A DNA stretch of 64,000 nucleotides. Source: Leucoraja ocellata. Its lineage: Eukaryota. The notes below the pieces were generated by a model. That model ran no database searches, was not told the DNA's origin, and was given only the letters and a program-made list of their open reading frames with translations. Every line of letters begins with the position of its first letter. Position 1 is the stretch's first letter. Positions 26,886-38,864 of the stretch are shown piece after piece. The stretch spans positions 6,386,001 through 6,450,000 of the forward strand of contig JAWMAR010000053.1 of NCBI GenBank assembly GCA_036785375.1, given 5' to 3'. The position numbers and the translations under genes were made by a program.

Positions 26886-28159
26886 AGAAAACAAATTTCA
26901 CTATACCCCGGTACATGTTCTGTAAAGAAACGATAAAGGCCTTGAAAAAGGGTCTTGACCCAAAAGTCACTATCCTTTTCCTCCAGAGATGATACCTGAC
27001 CCGCTGAATTACTCCAGCACCTTGTGTCTATCTAAAGTATTTTATGTTGATTTCAAGATTTCTGAGTGAACAGGCTTGGACACAGAAATTATTATTGCCC
27101 ATTGTGAATGAAGTAATGACCAGAGGGCACTCAAAAGTAGAATAACAGGTAGGAGAAGAAGAATGCAAAAGGATCAAGAGAGGGACCTATAATCCCTTGG
27201 GATTTTCAGGGGAAACTTTCTTTCCTAAACCATAATGAGATATTTAAAGTTCATATTTTCTCACTGAGATATATTTTCCATTCCAGCCACAACCACCCAC
27301 TTGCACAATTCAAGGTTAGAATTGCACGTATATCTCAAGAAGATTGTGCCTAAACCTTAATCGGGAACATTTTAGGCAAGTGGGATTTATTTGTTTTCTT
27401 TTGCTATTTTCTTTCTAATATTGCACAAAGTTAATAATTCTCTAGAATAGGAGCTAGTTACATCCCAGCCAGTATCAATGGTGCTGAAGTGGAGATGGTC
27501 GACAACTTTAAGGTCCTAGGCTAAGAAAGCACACCAATGACTCTACTTCCTCTGAAGACTCAGGAAATTTGGTATATCTCCAATATAACGACTCATACTA
27601 ACTTCTATAGATGCACTGTAGAAAGCATCCTTTTGGAATGTATCATAGTTTGGCTTGGCAAAAGATCAGGACTGCAAGAATTGATGAGAATTTGGATGTA
27701 GCCCAGTCCATCACACAATCAACACCTCCCCTATTGAGTATATGTATACCTCATGGTTTTTTCATAGTCCATTTTGCTTTAAGTGCAGCTGGCCATAAAG
27801 GCCCACTGTCCTAGCGGCATTGTAGGGTTGGCCTGACCAAGACAAGTTGTGGGTGTCCTCCACTGCTGCTCTACCGCTACGTGCCACTGCAGGCCGCATC
27901 CGAGGGTTTAATATTGAGATAGGTAGTAGCTCAGGACTACTCTCTCGATGTTGATAGGATGGTTCAGTCAACAGACGGGAAGATACTGTTCCTGAATCTG
28001 AAGATGTGCGTTTTCACACTTCTGTACCTCTTGCCTGATGGAAGAAGGGAGAAGAGGGAGTGACTGTGCTGTGGATGGTGCTGTTCCCAAACCATGCTGT
28101 GATGCAACCTGATTAAAAAATCCTTGATTTTCATAGAGGATATTGGTTATGAGATAGAT

Positions 28160-28455
28160 TTTAGAGAATGGAACCAGGCCCTGTGATCCACACAAGTTCA
28201 TTCTGACCATCGATCACCCGTACTCTATTTCCATGTTATCCCACTTTCTCATCCAACACACAATTTACAGAACGCAATTAGCCTACAAACCTGCACGTCT
28301 TTGGAATATAGGAGGAAACCGGAATGACCGGAGAAAACACACGCAGTCACAGTGAGAACGTACAAACTCCACACAGACAGTGCTTGTAGTCAGGATCAAA
28401 CCCGGCTCTCTGGTGCTGTGAAGCAGTAGCTCTACCACTGAGCCACAGTGCGCCC
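28160..28455 (-). mobile_element. V-SINE (HE1-like), near full length
   Basis: Head on - strand GTGGCTCAGTGGTAGAG (A box) ... GGGTTTGATCC (B box); V-domain gagaacgtacaaactccacac. Confidence 0.8.
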
Positions 28456-28880
28456 AATAAGGTGGAAATGGCGGAGATGTGATACATTGAGCAGTCAAGT
28501 GTGTGTGATTGTCATGTGCACTGGGACCAGAACAATGAAGGTCTCACTTGCTGCAGCTTCATGGGCATATTAAATGCAACAAAACAAGAAACAAATATAC
28601 CACGTTATCAGGGTGTGGCTTGTGGGATGAGGCACTTGAAGATACATCCCTGACCTTGATCATGTGAGTGGGGAACATCTTCCTGCTCTGCATTCTCAAT
28701 ACTTGACACCTGTTGCTATCAACTACCACAGCAACCTCCTCCCACTTTGCCTGCGGTTGGATGAGGTGGGTGGAGGTTTTTTTTGGAGATGGTGGTGCTG
28801 TGGACTGCAGGTAGATCATCTCCACCTCCTCTACACAGACTCCTAGTGCAGCAGAGGCTGTTCTCTTCATGTCAATGTCC

Positions 28881-29750
28881 CCGGTAGGCGGCGCGACTCT
28901 GGTCAGCAGCGGCCTCTGCAGCCCGTCCGCGTTTTTATTATTTTTTGTCTATGTTTATATGTAGTTTTTGTTATTTTTTGTTGGGGTGTGTGTGTGGGGG
29001 GGTGGGGGTGGGGGTGGGGTGGGAGGGAGGGGGCAACTTTTTAAATCTCTCCCTGCACGGGAGACCCGACCTTTTCTTGTCGGGTCTTCGTTGTCGTTGG
29101 GGCTGCAAATGAGGAGCGGCCTCCAACAGAAGAAGCCGGGGACTCTGGTGCCGACTCACCTCACCGTCGCGGAGCTGGCCGAGTCCAGAGCGGGTGGAGC
29201 GGTGGTGGAGCGCTGCTGCTGCTGCTGCTGCTGCTGCTGATGCCGATTCGGAGGCTGCAACTGCGGGTCTGCGGACGGCGGCACCGGGAGCCCGCGGGTC
29301 CCTGGAGGGAGACCGCTTTTCAGGGCTCCTGCAACGGCGACTTCTCCCGCCCGAGTTGCGGGGTCGAAGAGCTCCTGAAGCAGAGCCTAACATCACCGCC
29401 CCGCGCGGCTTGGAATGGCCGCGGGACTCTGCGAGCGCACGCCGGGGGCTCCAACACCAAGACCCGGTGTGCGACCTCGCACCACCCGGCGTGGCTTTAA
29501 TGGCCGCGGGACAATCGCCATCGCCAGCCGGGGGCTTTGACTTTGACTCTGACATCGGGGGGGGGAGAGTGCAGTGGAGAGATAAGTTTTTTTTGGCCTT
29601 CCATCACAGCAATGTGATGGATGTTTATGTAAAATGTAAATTGTGTTGTGTCTGGGGTCTATTTGTTTGTAATGTATGGCTGCAGAAACGGCATTTCGTT
29701 TGGACCTCAAGGGGTCCAAATGACAATTAAATTGTATTGTATTGTATTGG
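28881..29750 (+). mobile_element. Young GC-rich non-autonomous retroposon, copy 1
   Basis: About 870 bp, CpG-rich, near-identical to 33938-34644 from the same 5' start CCGGTAGGCGGCGCGACTC; ends tgacaattaaa(ttgta)n; internal (CTG)9. Confidence 0.75.
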
Positions 29751-31377
29751 ATTGTCCACGGCCCGTTGAAGTGTAGAAAGTCCACAATGTACGCTAATTT
29801 TCAGAGGTGCAGGCTGGCGTTTGCCATTCATGATATTGGGCCCTTGTCTAGTCAGCATTGCAGCTCGCAGTTAGCAATGACTGTAATGCAGCAGCACTGC
29901 AGTAAGCAGGCAACATGGTGCTGTCACACTACCAGAGAAGCATAGGTTTCAGGTGAGGGGGGGAAAGATTTAATAGGAACCCGAGGGGTAACTTTAGCAC
30001 ACTAAGGGTGGTGGGTGTATGGAATGAGCTGCTGGAGGAGGTAGATGAGGCAGGTTTTATCGCATAATTTAAGAAACATTTAGACAGGTACATGTATGAG
30101 ACAGGTTTAGAGGGATATGGGCGAAAAGCAGGCAGGTGGAACTAGTGTAGTTGGGACATGTTGGTCGGTGTGGGCAAGTTAGGCTGATGTGCCTGTTTCC
30201 TCACTGTATGACTACAGGCTGCATGTGAAGCATGCAAAGCAATCTTGCACCTGTTAACGGGGGCAGTTGAATTTTCCCCCTTTAGACCGATGGTCAAAAG
30301 GATACTTGAATAAATTAATGCTCACTTTTAAATCCCTTTCCTTTAGGCAGCACTGTGGGGGATATTGATGGCTAAATTATCTCAATCCAGTAATGAATAA
30401 AGTACTCTGCTCCAGGTGAATGCAAGGCTAGAATTTTGGTCTGAACTCTTGGTCCTGAACTTGGGACAGAATGAAGTGTGGAGCAGCAAAATAAATGCTC
30501 CCAGCAAAAGCACAAATCAGTTAAGTGTGGTATATTGATATGATTTATGATTATTGCAATGTTTTAAACATTCCACTCCTTCATATATGTTATTGCGTCG
30601 TGCTGCAATGGAATCTGAAGGGACTCCCTGTACTGCTCCGAGTTTCATTCTTCCTCATTCTGCCTCTGGCTGCACTGCAACATCTTGAAACCAAATTGTT
30701 TAATTGTTCATAAATATCGGCTTTCAAGATGTTTCTCCGTGATGTGGCAGTCCCGAACATACATTCAAAGCCAAAAAGCTACAAAAATTCCACGCAATTG
30801 CTATTTGTTAAAAAATAAAAGTGGTAATGCTTTGACAAGACATCTGTTCTATTATAATTTATAACAACTGGTTATTTTATGAAATATCAATGGGCAGATC
30901 ATTAATTTATTTCCAATGAAGTCCATTAGGAAAAGCTAAAACTATAGTAATTTTGCTGTGGTGAAAAAAGCTTTATTTACTTAGATGCAATAAATACTTC
31001 TTACTACTGTACTGACTTGGCAATTACTCATGCAGAAGAAGAGGCTCTTCTGACTGGACTAATGGTGTTTCAGAACAAAGCGTTTCCATCTCCTGTGTAC
31101 CAAGGGACATACCGTACTGCTTCAGTGCTGAATAGCCAGTTTCACCCTGTATTTATCATGCTCCAGTGAAGTCTGTGAGAGATATCATGGGTCACAAAGG
31201 AAAAGGTTTTTTCTTCTTTACTGTCTCCTCAAAGGGATGACTTCTAACTATCTTTACTAAAAAATGTTTAAGCTGTTGCGCTCAATATTGACCAAAATCG
31301 AGAAATTACATCCACTTTTTATGAAAAATAAATCACCACAATTGTCTTTTTATACAAAAGTACCATTGAAAGAACTT

Positions 31378-31682
31378 TTTAGTTTAGTTTAGAGATACAA
31401 CGCGGAAACATGTTCTTCGGCACACCAAGTCCCTGCTGTCCAGCAATCATCCCGTACACTAACACTATCCTACACAGGGACTATTTACAATCTTTGCCAA
31501 AGCCAATTAACTTATAAACCTGTGGATTGTGGGAAGAAACCCAGAGCAACTGGAGAAAACCCATATGGTTACGGGGGGAACGTACAAACTCTGTACAGAC
31601 AGCACCCATAGTCAGAGTCGATCCTGGTCGGTCTCTGGCACTGTAAGGCAGCAACCTTACTGATGCACCATCGTGCCACCCT
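31378..31682 (-). mobile_element. V-SINE (HE1-like)
   Basis: (ttagt)n tail, V-domain, tRNA-like head ending ggtggcacgatggtgc on - strand. Confidence 0.8.
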
Positions 31683-32189
31683 TTTATAGTCAGAGCATTT
31701 GGTTGACGTTGCTTCTTCTTTTAATGTAAACTTTTCTCTATCTTATACCACTAAAGTATTTGTAAGATTTCCCTTTTAGTGGTGCTTAAGAGGTTTTTAG
31801 TTAGGCATGTGGGTATGCAGGGAATAGAAGGGTATGGATCATGTTCGGGCAGATGAGATTAGTTCAGCTTGGCATCATGTTCAACACATTAATTGTGGAC
31901 TGTAGGGCCTGTTCTGTGCTGTACTTTTCTATGTTCAATTTTATAAGAATTGAGTTGTTTAGAAAAGTCAATGGACTTCAAGTGGGGTGGAGTTGAAGAT
32001 TCACCCCCAAAGTATTTTCAAAATTTGCAAGATACTGTATCACAACCATAAAAATTCAAGCATCTATTTATTATTTATCTCCTTTTACTTAGGTTCACAT
32101 CAAATTCAAAGTGTTTCCACTTATACCCTATAAAGTAAAACAGAGCTTAAAACAATATCTTTCTCTTTTAGAATAATGCACAATATTTG

Positions 32190-32512
32190 ATTTAGTTTAG
32201 TTTAGTTCAGAGATACAGCGTGGAAACAGGCTCTTTGGCCTACCGAGTCTGCACCAACCAATGGTCACCCGTACACTAGTTCTATCCTGCACACTAGGGG
32301 CAATGTGCAATTTGCAGAGGCCAATTAATCTGCCAACAAACCCGCGTGTCTTTGGGGTGTGGGAGGAAACCGAAGCACCAGGAGGAAACCCACGTGGCCA
32401 AAGGGAGAATGTGCAAACTCCATACAAACAGCACCTGCTGTAGTCAGGTTCAAACTCCAGGTTTCTGGTGCTGTAAGTCAACAACCCTACTGTTGCACCT
32501 CTGTCCTGCCCC
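32190..32512 (-). mobile_element. V-SINE (HE1-like)
   Basis: (ttagt)n tail, V-domain gagaatgtgcaaactccatac, B-box remnant. Confidence 0.8.
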
Positions 32513-33937
32513 ATCATCTTGTGAACATGGCAAAAAACGTCTTGTACAGTGATCACTTCAATTGAATTAATTATTAGATCTCCAACTGAATTTACATGAC
32601 AATGCAGGCATTAAACATATCCCAGACCTTATCATGAGGAAAAACCCATTTAAAATAAATTCTGTGCGCCGTCAAGAGAAATAGCAGAAATTTTAAATGC
32701 TAACCTGTATATAATTTATTTCTTAGCTTTTTCACTGAACAGCTCAATATCAAAATCTTAAAAGATAATACTGTCACCTGTGATATCCTGTCATCTGTAT
32801 GTGGTATAGATTAATATGTTCATAATGGGTGCTAAGCAGAGTTTCCCGGACTTCCTGTGATTTATTATTTTGAAATGTATTTAAAAAGGAAGCGAATGTT
32901 TTAATTAATACAGATATAGCTACTTTGGGCTACCAAAGGGCCATTAGTTTAATACCTAGATCAGATTATGCTGAGTAAGCACCTCTCAACTGCACTACAG
33001 TGGGAATAGTGCAGTTTGGAATAAATATTATGTTTGCAGCAAAAAGACAAACTTTGTGAATTGTTCCTCTTGTGAGGGCCCTATGCAGGGCATCTCCTGG
33101 AAGGTGCTTGTTAATGGATGATGCATGAAGATGAACAAATGCTTGGCTTTTGTCCTCCATTAACATTGCTTCCGGGGAATGGACCTGAAGGTGGCTAATT
33201 CCAGTGGAACTCTACCCCAGAAATAATCCATTCTGTTAAGTGAGGACATCGGGAGAAGGTTGGCTAAACCATCAGCAGTAATAGGTAACATTGGGGAGAA
33301 ATGAAAATCGAAGCGTATAGTATAACAATTGTAAAAAAAAGCTGTAACCTTTTGAGTTGTACGATTAGATAACAATTGAATTGTACACACAAAGAATTAC
33401 AGATGCTGGTTTACCAAAAAATACACAAAATGCTGCTGTAACTCAATGGTTAGGCAGATCCTGAAGAACATGGGTAGGTGACATTATGGGTCAGCACCAC
33501 TCTTCAGAATGTCCCCACTTAGTTATAGTCATAGATTTAAACAGCACAGAAACAGGCCCTTCAGACTAACTCCCCCCTTTTAAGCCAGTCTCTTTTACCT
33601 GCGCTTGGCTCATGTCCCTCTAAACCTTTCCTATCCATGTAACTGTCCAGGTATGTTTTAAATGTTTTTATAATACCTGCCTCAACTACCAGCTTGGCAA
33701 TTCATTCTTATCCGAATGTTTCGCCTCACATATATACGCATTAGGTTTCATCTGCTACATTAAAGCCCATACTGCCCATGGCAACTTCCTCATTGCTGTC
33801 TGCATTTGTACATTTTTTCTTGTCCATATATTTTGAAATTATACCTTGTATCCCTAAACCCAAATCATTGATATAGGATTTTATTAAAAATGTGTACATA
33901 AACACGACAAAATTTAATGAGGAGTGGATACAAAGAT

Positions 33938-34644
33938 CCGGTAGGCGGCGCGACTCACGTCAGCAGCGGCCTCTGCAGCCCGTCCGCGTTTTTATTATTT
34001 TTGTCTATGTTTTTATGTAGTTTTTGTTATTTTTTGTTGGGGTGTGTGTGTGGTGGGGGTAACTTTTAAATCTCTCCCTGCACGGTTGGGGCTGCAATGT
34101 GGAGCGGCCTCCAACAGGAGAAGACCGGGGACTCTGGTGCCGACTCACCTCGTCGCGGAGCTGGCCGAGTCCGGAGCTGGTGGAGCGGTGGTGGAGCGCT
34201 GCTGCTGCTGCAGCCCGACCTCCGGAGATTCGGAGGCTGCAACTGCGGGTCTGGCGGACGGCGGCACCGGGAGCCCGCGGGTCCCTGGAGGGAGACCGCT
34301 TTTCAGGGCTCCTGCAACGGCGACTTCTCCCGCCCGAGTTGCGGGGTTGAAGAGCTCCTGGAGCGGGGCGTGACATCACCGCCCCGCGCGGCTTGGAATG
34401 GCCGCGGGACTCTGCGAGCGCACGCCGGGGGCTCTAACATCAAGACCCGGTGTGCGACCTTGCATCACCCGGCGTGGCTTTAATGGCCGCGGGACAATCG
34501 CCATCGCCAGCCGGGGGCTTTGACTTTGACTGACATGGGGGGGGGGGGGGGGGGGAGAGTGCAGTGGAGAGATAAGTTTTTTTGGCCTTCCATCATAGCG
34601 ATGTGATGGATGTTTATGTAAAATGTAAATTATGTTGTGCCTTG
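33938..34644 (+). mobile_element. Young GC-rich non-autonomous retroposon, copy 2 (cut by assembly gap)
   Basis: Aligns with 28881-29650; internal (CTG)4; runs directly into the N block. Confidence 0.75.
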
Positions 34645-34844
34645 NNNNNNNNNNNNNNNNNNNNNNNNNNNNNNNNNNNNNNNNNNNNNNNNNNNNNNNN
34701 NNNNNNNNNNNNNNNNNNNNNNNNNNNNNNNNNNNNNNNNNNNNNNNNNNNNNNNNNNNNNNNNNNNNNNNNNNNNNNNNNNNNNNNNNNNNNNNNNNNN
34801 NNNNNNNNNNNNNNNNNNNNNNNNNNNNNNNNNNNNNNNNNNNN
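34645..34844. other. Assembly gap, exactly 200 N (likely unsized scaffold join)
   Basis: Round-number N run; sharp change from repeat-rich to repeat-free sequence across it. Confidence 0.9.
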
Positions 34845-37257
34845 CAATATAAACATGAAATATGATGACTGATTTTGCTGTCACGTGACCGTTTGCTCAA
34901 GGGTTCCTGGAGAGCTGCTGTTTATTGCCAAGAACACTAAACAACGCACTCACTTTTTTTCTGAGTGGGAGTTTAATATTTTTGGGAAGCATTTATTGTT
35001 CTCCACTAAATAAAACGGTAAAATCTTCATAACCCAATGAGCCACTTGTTTCTGTGAACGAGCTGGACGGAGTGATCTGTGTGCATTGAACCAAAGCACA
35101 ACGTTTGACTTGGGGAAGTGAGTTTATTGCTAATTTCATCAGCTTTTAATGCAGATGGAATAAACACGTTACAATTAAATATGCTGAAAAGTGTTTACTA
35201 TTTTTGCTGTGATATATTTGCAAGTGAAGTTAAAGAGGATTAATAACTTCTTTTGAATGTATCGTTTCTGATGGAACCAAGTGAGCAATTAATTAAATAG
35301 ATTTGTTTCTTTCAAGTAAATAATGACATTAAATGTAAAACAATATTTGCCACTTTTTGGCAGTTAATCGTTAAATGGAAAGGACTTTTCCTCGAGCGTT
35401 TTGTAATAAAAAGTGTGATCTTGCCACAAATAGATTCCTATGATTTGGCTGCTCACGGGCCGACGTTTTTTCTCGTTTAAAAAAAAGACATAAAATAATT
35501 TTTGAAAATAAATATTTATTGGCCATTACAAATGTGCATCGTGGGCGTTCCAACGCGCAATTCTGGCACAATCAGCAGTGGTTGCTAATAACAATGTGTG
35601 TGGGCGTGTTAAATATTTTAAAACTGCATTTTCCCCCCTAAGTAAAATGTTATTCTTTGTCTGCTGAACGCCTAAGGTGGACTTTTTTAAACAGCACACG
35701 TGTTCACCTTCAGAAAGAGGAAACGATTTGCATCTTTTCTTCGAAATAACTGGTGAATTTCTGGCTTAGACTGTGATGCATTTTATGTCCCTTTACATTA
35801 TTTTCAGCCACCATCAAGCGCAATAAATTTCATGGTCGTGAAAATTGATAAATGGCTGGGGTAAATATTTTTCGAGAATACAAGATTTTTAAAATCAAGG
35901 TTTTAACAATAAATTTGTAGGGGAGGGGCGGTCATATCAACATTGCTTTTACATGGAGTTTTTAAAAAACTTGTTACAATTAGATCTTTACCATTCTTTT
36001 GTTTTTAACTTTAGACTAGATATAGCGCGAAGATTATTTCCTCGAAGTAATGCACAAGATTTAGAAATATGAATATCACACGTAATAGGCTAATCGGGCC
36101 TCAAATTGTGCAAGACAAAGAAATCATTTCCACTCGAAATACAATTTTGATTTGCTATGTCATTCATTTGTAATACACTATGTAATACATTTGATTTGTT
36201 ATTCAGCGCTGGAAATGTATTCATATTTGGTTTATATTTTCAAATGTCACGCATTTCTTCGGGGGTACCCTGGTTGGAAGCTGGAAATTGAGTTATATAT
36301 GAACCTTTTGTTCTACCACCTCTTGTCAGTGGGTACTCATATATGACTATTCAGCTGCTAAATTCTTAGTCTAACAAAATGGCGCCTTTCCTTGGTATCG
36401 CTTGGGATTGCTAAGAGTTTTCTTCAGGAAAAACTATCTAATAACCGGGTAGTTTTATAATTGAAAATTACATACATCTTCATGCGAATGAAGAGGATCT
36501 CTCTAGTCTTTCAGGTATTAAAAACATAAGAAACATATTTGATATTTAATTATGAATAAAAATCTACAATGCAGCTTGAAAAATTGATCCTTTAGTGATA
36601 TATAAAACCTGATTTAAAAAAAATTGTTGAGATCCATAAGCCTGAAGGAGCTCCCACGATTTGTAATTAATTTAGTTTCTATAACAACCAATCTGTCTGT
36701 TATAAGGAACAGTAGTGTTATCATAAATAGCGAGTTTTGATTCATCCAGAACACAATTATTGCTATTTCTGTTTGCTTGTTGGTTGATTTTTTTTCTTTT
36801 TCTTTCTAGGAATGTGGCTGCTTTAGATTTTGGACTGACACAGATCATCTATGGGGCTGAATGTGATCGGCAGAGTCAGAATGGACACAATCAACTGTTA
36901 TATTTTATCCTTGCTTGCATATTTTTATGTTGATTTTTTTTAATACAAAGCTAATATATAATCTGTTATTTAAGAACGTAATTAGTTTTGGAAAATCTGC
37001 AATACTCGACATATTTATACTATTCAAAATAAAATATTGAAAATAATTTTATTTCTTGCACTTCATTAAATTTTCTCCGAACTCATTGTTTTCATTCATG
37101 GCATCATGCTGGTATGAACTGAGGTCCATAGTTGACTATGCCTCGGACCAAGAGGATTCTACTAAATGACACGACTTTCCAATTATTTCGTAGCTGCTGG
37201 AGATAGCACACATTAGAGTATCTCAGCAGAGTGTGTATGGATATGTTGGAATTCGAA

Positions 37258-38000
37258 CTAAAACTGCAATTGCTGCAAATCAGTGGAACTAAAACTGTCA
37301 CTTAAAAAGTCAAACACATTGGACGGAATAGCCAGCGTGTCTTCGTTTTCCAACAAAGACATATGAGGTAAATCTTCCAGCAGATCTAGACGGGGTTCGA
37401 TTGTAATTTTGTCTAAGTCCTCCAGAGATGGGATACTGAAGCTCTCCGGACTACTGGGGCTTGTTCCAGCTGAGCAGTTCTTCAGTATGGGTAGCAGACA
37501 GTCGGTTTCATCTGAACTCTGAGGGAAAGGATAGCTCTCCGATCCCTCAGTGGGGATCAGAGAGGTACCAACACTGAGCAGATCCCTGCCGATATCGCTC
37601 AATGTATCTTTATGTGTAAGACCACATATATCTTGCTTTGTAGTGCTTTCACTGTATAATGAACTCAACATTTTATTTAAAGGTGCCTCAAAACTTCTCG
37701 TGGAAAATCCACTCTGATTAACACTGTTGGCAACGTGGCGCTTTGATTCGGCATTTTGGCTTTGTTTGAATCGAGTTTGCCTCTTGTGTTTCATGCGCCT
37801 GTTCTGAAACCAGACTTTGACTTGCCGTTCTGTTAAATCGAGGAGAGCTGCGATTTCTACCCTCCGTGGTCTACAAAGGTATTTATTGTAATGAAATTCC
37901 TTCTCAAGCTCCAACAGCTGATTGTTAGTGTAAGTGGTTCGTAGTCTCCTGGAGCTGTCAAAAGGACTCCCGTTATCCGGCTCATTAAGCTCTTCGTTTT
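37258..38000 (-). CDS. hoxd2: Homeobox protein Hox-D2, exon 2
   Basis: Acceptor tttgttacag| at 38001; PG2 homeodomain [59 protein letters not shown]; C-terminus DLQQLQF; 743 nt, phase compatible with exon 1. Confidence 0.93.
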
Positions 38001-38365
38001 CTGTAACAAATAAAGAAAAGTTTCGATAAATCATCTCAGTTTCCAACCAAATAATCCAGCAACATAAAATGGCCGTCTCCGTGACACCGAATGTTTCCAT
38101 TAATGGCCCCAAGCAAAGCAATAGAGAGATAATACGGATGCTCTGCTGTAGTATAGTCCAGCTATTGGTAAGCACACACACAAGATCAAAAGAGCTTTAC
38201 TTTCTGAAACCTGTTAAGAGAAGGCGTGAGCATTTTATAGGCATGACACCTTTCAGATAATTAAACCTTTGCTTCTGCTTCAGAATTGGCCTTTAATTTG
38301 AAAATAACAACTGCCTCTGTACGCCAAATTAAAACTAAAATACAAGTAAATATTATTAACCCGAC

Positions 38366-38711
38366 CTTCATTGGAAGAACAAGACGAAACTGATCCTGGC
38401 GCGGGGATAGTTTTTTTCTTGTGTTTTTTCTTCTCTCTCATCCACGGGTATTCCAGAGGTTTATCCCTTAACGTGGACCGACCAATGCCTTTTGAAGTGT
38501 GGGTTTTCCCATTTTGGTGTGTGTTACCAGGGTCCAAGCTGCAGAAGCTGTGCTCAAAAGGAGGAGGAATCAGTGTCGAATGTGAAAGCGTCGAGTTCTT
38601 GATTGATGAACTTTGAAATGTCTCGCTTACAGGAGGCAAGGATGGCAGGCACTCGGCAAGCGACGGCTCACTATTGATAAAACCAACCTCTCGCTCAAAT
38701 TCGCAGTTCAT
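38366..38711 (-). CDS. hoxd2: Homeobox protein Hox-D2, exon 1
   Basis: PG2 N-terminus [37 protein letters not shown], hexapeptide EYPWMREKK; phase-1 donor G|GTCGGG; spliced CDS 1089 nt = 362 aa; D paralogue by position 3' of HoxD3. Confidence 0.92.
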
Positions 38712-38864
38712 TTCTGCTCGGGGAGAATCGGTGGAAAATTGCTTATTTGACAATTATTTTGAAAAAAAAATGTATATTTATAAAATATACTGATTGCAAA
38801 CGCTAAGGGAGTGTGCTATTATTAAACTATGTCTATTGAATAGACGGTCCCGACGTTGAGATGA

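Noticed and set aside
28968-29785. Overlapping long ORFs (up to 194 aa, poly-Ala/poly-Cys), also at 34005-34483
   Set aside because: By-products of a GC-rich repeat with a CTG tract; frames not preserved between the two copies
22310-32512. tRNA-like A/B boxes
   Set aside because: They are SINE heads attached to SINE cores and tails, not full cloverleaf tRNA genes
30200-34000. Possible HoxD1 pseudogene remnant
   Set aside because: No PG1 homeobox (NFTTKQLTELEKEF), WFQNRR or FDWM-like trace found on either strand by eye; very decayed remnants cannot be excluded
38712-38753. N-terminal extensions given by the ORF track for HoxD2 and for the exon-2 ORFs (38181, 42659, 62475)
   Set aside because: They start at non-ATG codons or read through intron sequence; true boundaries set by conserved ATG and splice sites
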